DNA from: Octopus vulgaris
Lineage: Eukaryota
Length of the DNA stretch: 64,000 nt
Reading direction: 5' to 3'
NCBI GenBank assembly: GCA_951406725.2
Contig: OX597834.1
Location: 10,602,001 to 10,666,000, forward strand
The position numbers and the translations under genes were made by a program. The notes beneath the pieces were generated by a model. That model worked only from the letters and a program-made list of their open reading frames with translations, ran no database searches and was not told the DNA's origin. Below, in pieces: positions 57,153 to 64,000 of the stretch. Each line of letters begins with the position of its first letter. Positions within the stretch are counted from its first letter, which is position 1.

Positions 57153-57656
57153 GTGTGGTTCTCTCTTCCTTCTCCCTCCCTCTATCTATCCACATTTATA
57201 TGTAGCTATCTACTGTTTTTTGTAATTCTCTGTCACTCTCTCTTCCTCATTCTCTCTTCCTCATTCTCCCTCTCTTTGTCTCTCTCTGTTTGTCTCACTC
57301 TTCCTCTTTCTCTCTCTCTCTGTCAGAAGTCATCTCGTGACGATGCAAGAATTTTTATTACGTTAATTTGTTTAGCGACGATGGATTATTGCATATTACA
57401 CAATCCAATTTCTGTGCAATCAGATATATAAGACAAAAACAGGCACAACAGAGTTTGAAACGATCAGCATATCAGGTTATATTTTTACACGACTTTATTT
57501 TCTCCCAGAAGGAAGTTGTAACGGGAAGTAGGTGCCTTGAAACCCAGAGGTTCATTTGGTTGTTATGCATATATGCTTATTCTCAAACGCATGATAAAAC
57601 TAATACAATAGCATGAACAGGATAAACTATCCATTTATTACAGAAAAATTCGTTAC

Positions 57657-57730
57657 CGCCCATCGATGACTCTCGAACTCACTTCTCTTTGATTACGCGT
57701 CAAGTGCTTTACCTTTAAGCTAAACTGTCC
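57657..57730 (-). pseudogene. tRNA-derived (Thr-CGT-like) pseudo-sequence
   Basis: D arm gctt-aaaggta-aagc, anticodon arm cttga-cgCGTaa-tcaaa, T loop gtgagttcgagagtcat; acceptor stem does not pair. Confidence 0.45.
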
Positions 57731-58190
57731 AACGAATTATTCTGCAATTTTAGGATTTACAAATCCAGCTTTATAAGACGCTAACTTTCAATTCAACTTA
57801 CGATGAAATGAAACGAACAAAGTTTGCTTTAGAAGCGTTGAAATGTATTGAAAGATACAGAAATATTTTATTCCCAAACGCATGATAATGCTAATATAAT
57901 AGCATGAACAAGGATGTACATGGACTGATTAGATTTAGGTATCGATCCGGTACCGGAAAAGGATTCTGGATTATTTGTTATATTTACTTTAATTTACACG
58001 ATGATCATCTTACGTTCACTTTCAAATCTTTCTAAAATTATCTCCCTTCAGGCTGTTTTAAAAGTTTTGTTTTCGTTTCTCTATTATTAATTTTTACTCG
58101 TGTCGCTATCTTATTAGAAAATGATGGATAAAAAAGTCAAACTGCATAAACAAACGGCAGCAAAACAGTTCAGAAATATTTAATAATATA

Positions 58191-58586
58191 CTAGCAGTAT
58201 CGCCCGGCGTTGCTCGGGTTTGTAAGGGAAATAACTATATAAGCATTTTTAGAGAGTTATAACCAAAAAATAGCAAAAAAATGCATTAAAAATGGGAAAA
58301 AAAATTATGGTAATTTTTTTTTTTAAATCGTTGACTTATCGTAGACATTTTTAGAGAGTTACTTCCCTTATATAATAGCGAAAAAATTCCATTAAAATGG
58401 AAAAAAAATTATTGTAAATATTTTTTTAAATCGTAGACTCATCGTAGACGCGCGCTAATACCCAGAAGGGCTCGATATGAATCCTGACAATAAGATACCC
58501 GGTTTTGGTTACACTGCATCGCAAAATGTAGTTAAGAATCTAAATCGTAGGAGACAGACACACAACTTGACTTTTATATATAAAGA
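58191..58586 (-). mobile_element. Non-autonomous Helitron (H3)
   Basis: TC start, hairpin plus CTAG end, A|T target. Confidence 0.88.
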
Positions 58587-58747
58587 TATTATACTTACAA
58601 ATTAACAATTAACAGTATACTTACATATGTACATACATCTATACAACGATCTAAAACAACAGGAATACTAAAGGAAGGCCGGAATTTAAGAGAAGAGAAT
58701 AGCAACAGGTCTCATTCTATTAATTCAAATTTCCTGAGTAGAACTTA

Positions 58748-59097
58748 TTATTACCTCCGCCTTCGAAACTGTTTTGAATGGTGAACGTATTAACGTTGGC
58801 TTGTATTAAATAAAGATAAATTATCTATTAAGGTTACAAAATTTTCTACAGTCATCTTCACCTTCCATGACTACCACTGGGATTGATCAGGTACCGGACA
58901 AGGATTCCGGATCATTTTTCCATTTTTTTTATTTTACTTAAATTTTGAGAACAGTCGGGTTCATTTTTAGTATTCTCGCTTGAGAGAGCAGTCGAGTTGA
59001 TTTCAGATATTCTCATTTTAAAAATCATTTCTGGCAAATCGTTGAGAGGACGTTTGTGTTGCCTTGACGGAGGTTTGCGCTCACTGAGACCTCTTCT
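58748..59097 (+). mobile_element. Helentron-associated (HINE/DINE-1-like) element
   Basis: 5' ttattacctccgcc; subterminal inverted partner ccttgacggaggt (59062-59074) followed by a short hairpin gcgctcactgagac and a T-rich end. Confidence 0.6.
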
Positions 59098-59136
59098 TCT
59101 GAATGTTTTAGAAATAACTACATATACATAGACAGG

Positions 59137-59620
<484 letters not shown>

Positions 59621-59843
59621 TAATTAAGATTCAAGTCAATTCTAAAGAATTTACTTGAATGTGGTACTTAACTTAGATGCACCAGAAAACTATATGGTGT
59701 AACCATACAGTAATGTGGGGTGATTAGCTGATTAGTACGGGACACTTTTATCTGCTGCAAGTTTTGCAACTTGTAATAAAGCCTGTCTTTGTATGAAACA
59801 ATTGTACTAAAAACTAATCCATTCTTGTTACTTCTTTCTCGCA

Positions 59844-59897
<54 letters not shown>

Positions 59898-60409
59898 TAC
59901 AGTATATCTTTGTGCGCATGTGTGTGTGCGTGTGATTGGTTGGGTGTGCGTGTATATAATGTATATAGATAGATAAACAGACAGCAACATGGTTTATTGA
60001 TTATAAAACCTATCTAATATGTAATCCAATTAAAATATTGCATCAGCAATTATTAGAACTATAACATAACCGAGATCTCTGCAGGTGACGCACTAACAAG
60101 CGTTGCTCGCTTTTCTTGTATTCAATTGATTTACTCGGCATCGTAATCGTTCCATGCGACATAAACTACCATTTGTCACTTATAACAAAATGTTGTTCAT
60201 ACGCCCACGTGCCGGATTTATAAAAGATATTAGCTTTTCAAGTTACACATTACTGTAATGTAGTTATGGAAAATGTATAAAAGACGTGATTTATATTTAA
60301 AACCTACATGTAGACGCTTTCTGTGCAGACTGTCATGGGGTTGCTGAACTCCTGATCTGTACAAAAATAAACAGAACCATATTTAAAAGCGTTTCAGTTG
60401 TCATATAAA

Positions 60410-60798
60410 TCTTTATATATAAAAGTGAAGTTGTGTGAGTGTCTGTCTCCTACAATTTAGATTCCTAAGTACTTCCACATTTTGCGGTGCAGTTTAACCA
60501 AAACCGGGTATCTTATAGTTGTGATTCATATCGAGCCCCTCTGGGTATTAGCGCGCGTCAACGATGAGTCTACGATTTACAAAAAAAATTACCATCATTA
60601 TTTTCCATTTTAATGCATGTTTTTCGCTGTTATATAAGGGAAGTAACTCTCAAAAAATGTCTACGATGAGTCAACGATTTTTAAAAAGATTTACCTTAAT
60701 TTTTTTCCATTTTTAATGCATTTTTGGCTATAACTCTCTAAAAATGCTTTATAGTTATTTCCCTTACAAACCCGAGCAACGCCGGGCGATACTGCTAG
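60410..60798 (+). mobile_element. Non-autonomous Helitron (H4)
   Basis: a|TCtttatatataaaag ... cccgagcaacgccggg hairpin (60771-60786), cgatactgCTAG|t. Confidence 0.9.
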
Positions 60799-61055
60799 TA
60801 TTTAATACAACCATTATTTACGTTGGTTAAGTGTAAATTGAGAGATGTTTAGCTGCTATTTCTTGTGGGTCCTCAAAGAATAAGAGGGTCCATACTTGTT
60901 TTCACAATTTAATGAAATTTTAACGCACGATGTGAAATTGGAGGCACGATATACTGCAATTAATCAGGGAAACTTGCCGTTCACCTTGCTAGGAATTACA
61001 ATAAATACATACCTAAAACGACACACTTTGCATTAAAGGTGTGCAGAATAAATTA

Positions 61056-61270
61056 TGAAGGGGTACTGAAAATTCCTGGCTTTGGGTAAAAGAATATACA
61101 GGCGGATCAGTTAATTATGATTTTATTCAACATATTCCCCTTTCAGATTCACATACTTATTGCATTGGTCTTTCAGTTTTTCTAAACCCTGTAAAATAAC
61201 TCGGAATTTTGGGTCTCCAACCAGACCTTATGCGATGCCCGTGAAGCCAAGGACATTCCAGCAACCATGG
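61056..61270 (-). mobile_element. Mariner-derived MITE retaining the transposase C-terminus
   Basis: TA flanks; degenerate TIRs ggggtactgaaaattcctggcttt / aagccaaggacattccagcaacc; minus frame QGLEKLKDQCNKYVNLKGEYVE* resembles the mariner C-terminal motif. Confidence 0.72.
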
Positions 61271-61387
61271 TACTTTGAAGTTTTCAATTCATAATAAATC
61301 ATGCCTCTTGAGATTAGAATGGCATTGAACACGAATGCACTAACACGAATCTAATATTAAGTTAAAAATAAAATTATAATTTACAAT

Positions 61388-61780
61388 CGCAGGAGTGGCT
61401 GTGTGGTAAGTAGCTTGTCTACCAACCACATGATTCCGGGTTCAGTCCCACTGCGTGGCACCTTGGGCAAGTGTTTTCTACTATAGCCTCGGGCCGACCA
61501 AAGCCTTGTGAGTGGATTTGGCAGACGGAAACTGAAAGAAGCCCGTCGTATACATGTATATATACATATGTGCGTGTGTGTTTGTGTGTCTATAGTTGTC
61601 CCTCTAGCATTGCTTGACAACCGATGCTGGTGTGTTTATGTCCCCGTCACCTAGCGGTTCGGCAAATGAGACCGATAGAATAAGTTTTGGGGACAAAAAC
61701 AAGTCCCGGGTCAGCTGCTCGATTAAAGGCGGTGCTCCAGCATGGCCGCAGTCAAATGACTGAAACAAGTAAAAGAGTAA
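61388..61780 (+). mobile_element. SINE family A
   Basis: Near full-length match. Confidence 0.92.
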
Positions 61781-62191
61781 TAATTTCTAACAAAGAATCC
61801 AGGCCTGCAATTTCTGGGAATGAAGCAACTGAGTATATAGATCATAATATTTTACTTGTTTTTCATGTTATCTACTTCGTAAATATGGCAAATAAATTCT
61901 ACCCCTGTGACTTGATCGCAGAATTTAAGTAGATAGATATGGGGCAGAAAATAAGCTTGAGATTATTAGCTATTATTTTGAGGCAACTTTTCCGAGTTTA
62001 GTAATTGTATAGGACATCCTGTATGATATAAATTACCACTCCATGTCATGTAAAATATAATCATATATAGAAAATAGAGAGTTTGGAAACGATACCGTTA
62101 TACTAAAAGATAAAATCAATAACATTTTTGAAATATTTAGGAAGGTGCTGCAAGCATCTTCTCTCAAACATTAGCACTGCAGATAATTATT

Positions 62192-62575
62192 TATTCTTTT
62201 ATTCTTTTACTTGTTTCAGTTATTTGACTGCGGCCATGCTGGAACACCGCCTTTAATCGAGCAACTCGACCCCGGGACTTATTCTTTTGTAAGCCTAGTA
62301 CTTATTCTATAGGTCTCTTTTGCCGAACCGCTAAGTAACGGGGACATAAACACACCAGCAATGCTAGGAGGACAAACACATACGCGCATATACATATATA
62401 TATACATATATACTACGGGCTTCTTTCAGTTTCCGTCTACCAAATCCACTCACAAGTCTTTGGTCGGCCCGAGGATATAGCAGAAGACATTTTTCCAAGG
62501 TGGCACGCAGTGGGACTGAACCCGGAGCCATGAGGTTGGTAAACAAGGTACTTACCACATAGCCACTCCTGCGCC
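62192..62575 (-). mobile_element. SINE family A
   Basis: Reverse-complement match with an internal deletion; tatttat on both flanks. Confidence 0.92.
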
Positions 62576-63258
62576 TATTTATATTTAACATTGTTATATG
62601 CTATAAGCCACATATGCTTTGTGGCTGCTAGCATATATCTATTTAGATAATTATAACATATATTTAAATAATTATTATTACAATTCAAATGCATTTTCCT
62701 AATTGTAAAAAACAATATCTAATAAGGTTGAATGAACTTTGTTTAAACATTGGAAATAAATGGTGGATAAGTTTTGAGGAGATATTTTGTAATTTAAATA
62801 TTATTTCATACAGCATTTGATGGAATGCCTTTATATGTACGTCTTAGAACAGCATTTGAATTTTAAATTTGACATTTTGCTTCATATCGTATATCACTGT
62901 GTCGACCTTACTAGCTGTTATGTGAATTGGAACAATTAATCTAAGGAGATTTCATAACACACGCTTTCATATGAATGGGAATTGCTTTGAAGAACTATTT
63001 CTTCAAGTATGTTCTGCGAGGAAATGTTGAATCTCAAAGTTGACGTTATTTAAATTATGAGTAACAATGAAGGTCACTCTTATATAGGAGACGTATTTAA
63101 TCCATTGACGTCACGATGTAAATCTTACAAAAACTATTGTCCTCGGTTTGAAAAGAAATCTCATGCCAAATGTCAAGAGTTTCGCGAACAAAATTTATAA
63201 TTTTGGAGGATATATGCATCAGGTGCAATGCATCGTATTGGCAGAATTTTCTGTAAGT

Positions 63259-63493
63259 AAAGCGGCGAGCTGGCAGTAACGTTAGCACGCCGGGCGAAAC
63301 GCTTTGTAGTTTTTCGTCTGCCGCTACGTTCTGGGTTCAAATTCCGCCGAGGTCTACTTTGCCTTTCATCCGTTCGGCGTCGATAAATTAAGTACCAGTT
63401 ATGCACTGAGGTCGATGTAATCGACTTAATCCGTATGTCTGTCCTTGTTTGTCCCCTCTATGTTTAGCCCCTTGTGGGCAATGAAGAAATAAA
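63259..63493 (+). mobile_element. SINE family C
   Basis: 14 bp TSD aattttctgtaagt at 63245-63258 and 63494-63507. Confidence 0.93.
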
Positions 63494-63590
63494 AATTTTC
63501 TGTAAGTCAGGTTTTTATTCCGCTTTTCTGCAAGTTATCTCTTCCACTTATCTGCAAATTTCACTTATGCTTGTCATGCTTTCAGAAGCT

Positions 63591-63755
63591 GGCCCTTTGA
63601 AATACAGCTACTTGAGAAATAGGAAGAAGGAGTGAGAGAAATTTGTGGTGAAATAGTACAGCAGGGTTCACCAACACCCTCTGCCGGAGCCTCATGGTGC
63701 TTTAGGTGTTTTCGCTTAATAAACACTCAAAACGCCCGTTCTGGGAATCGAAACC
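63591..63755 (-). mobile_element. SINE family B fragment, interrupted by a family C copy
   Basis: ggccctttgaaatac...cagcaggg...ctgggaatcgaaacc; the head continues past the window end. Confidence 0.85.
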
Positions 63756-63988
63756 TATTTCTTTATTTCCCACAAGGGGCTAAACACAAAGGGGACAAAC
63801 AAGGACAGACATAGGTATTAAGTCGATTACATCGACCCCAGTGCGTAACTGGTACTTAATTTATCGACCCCGAAAGGATGAAAGGCAAAGTCGACCTCGG
63901 CGGAATTTGAACTCACAACGTAACGGCAGACGAATTACCGCTAAGCATTTCGCCCTGCGTGCTAACGTTTCTGCCAGCTCGCCGCCTT
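63756..63988 (-). mobile_element. SINE family C nested in family B
   Basis: Full C element; cgttctgggaat repeated at 63737-63748 and 63989-64000. Confidence 0.92.
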
Positions 63989-64000
63989 CGTTCTGGGAAT

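Overview
AT-rich, repeat-saturated animal genomic DNA with no convincing intact protein-coding gene. The SINE, LINE and microsatellite repertoire points to an octopus or other coleoid cephalopod intron or intergenic region (inference from repeat families recognised by eye). Nearly all ORFs in the supplied track are translated microsatellites or SINEs. Supported content: about 35 tRNA-derived SINE copies in four groups I call A-D (many with readable target-site duplications, TSDs); four non-autonomous Helitrons and one Helentron/HINE-like element; DNA-transposon MITEs (Merlin-like carrying TTAGGG repeats, Tigger/pogo-like expanded into a 7 x ~180 bp array, mariner); decayed R4/Dong and RTE LINE 3' ends; Penelope-like inverted structures; a possible tyrosine-recombinase relic; and a 1.3 kb AT-rich minisatellite. 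Most interesting signals: minimal hammerhead-ribozyme-like motifs with variant cores (one just after an R4/Dong LINE stop codon, one pair inside a 234 bp near-perfect inverted repeat), combinatorial head/tail shuffling among SINEs, a satellite array arising from a MITE end, a telomere-repeat-carrying MITE, and recurrent closely spaced inverted SINE pairs. No new protein-based system is supported. Boundaries are read by eye and may be off by a few bp.
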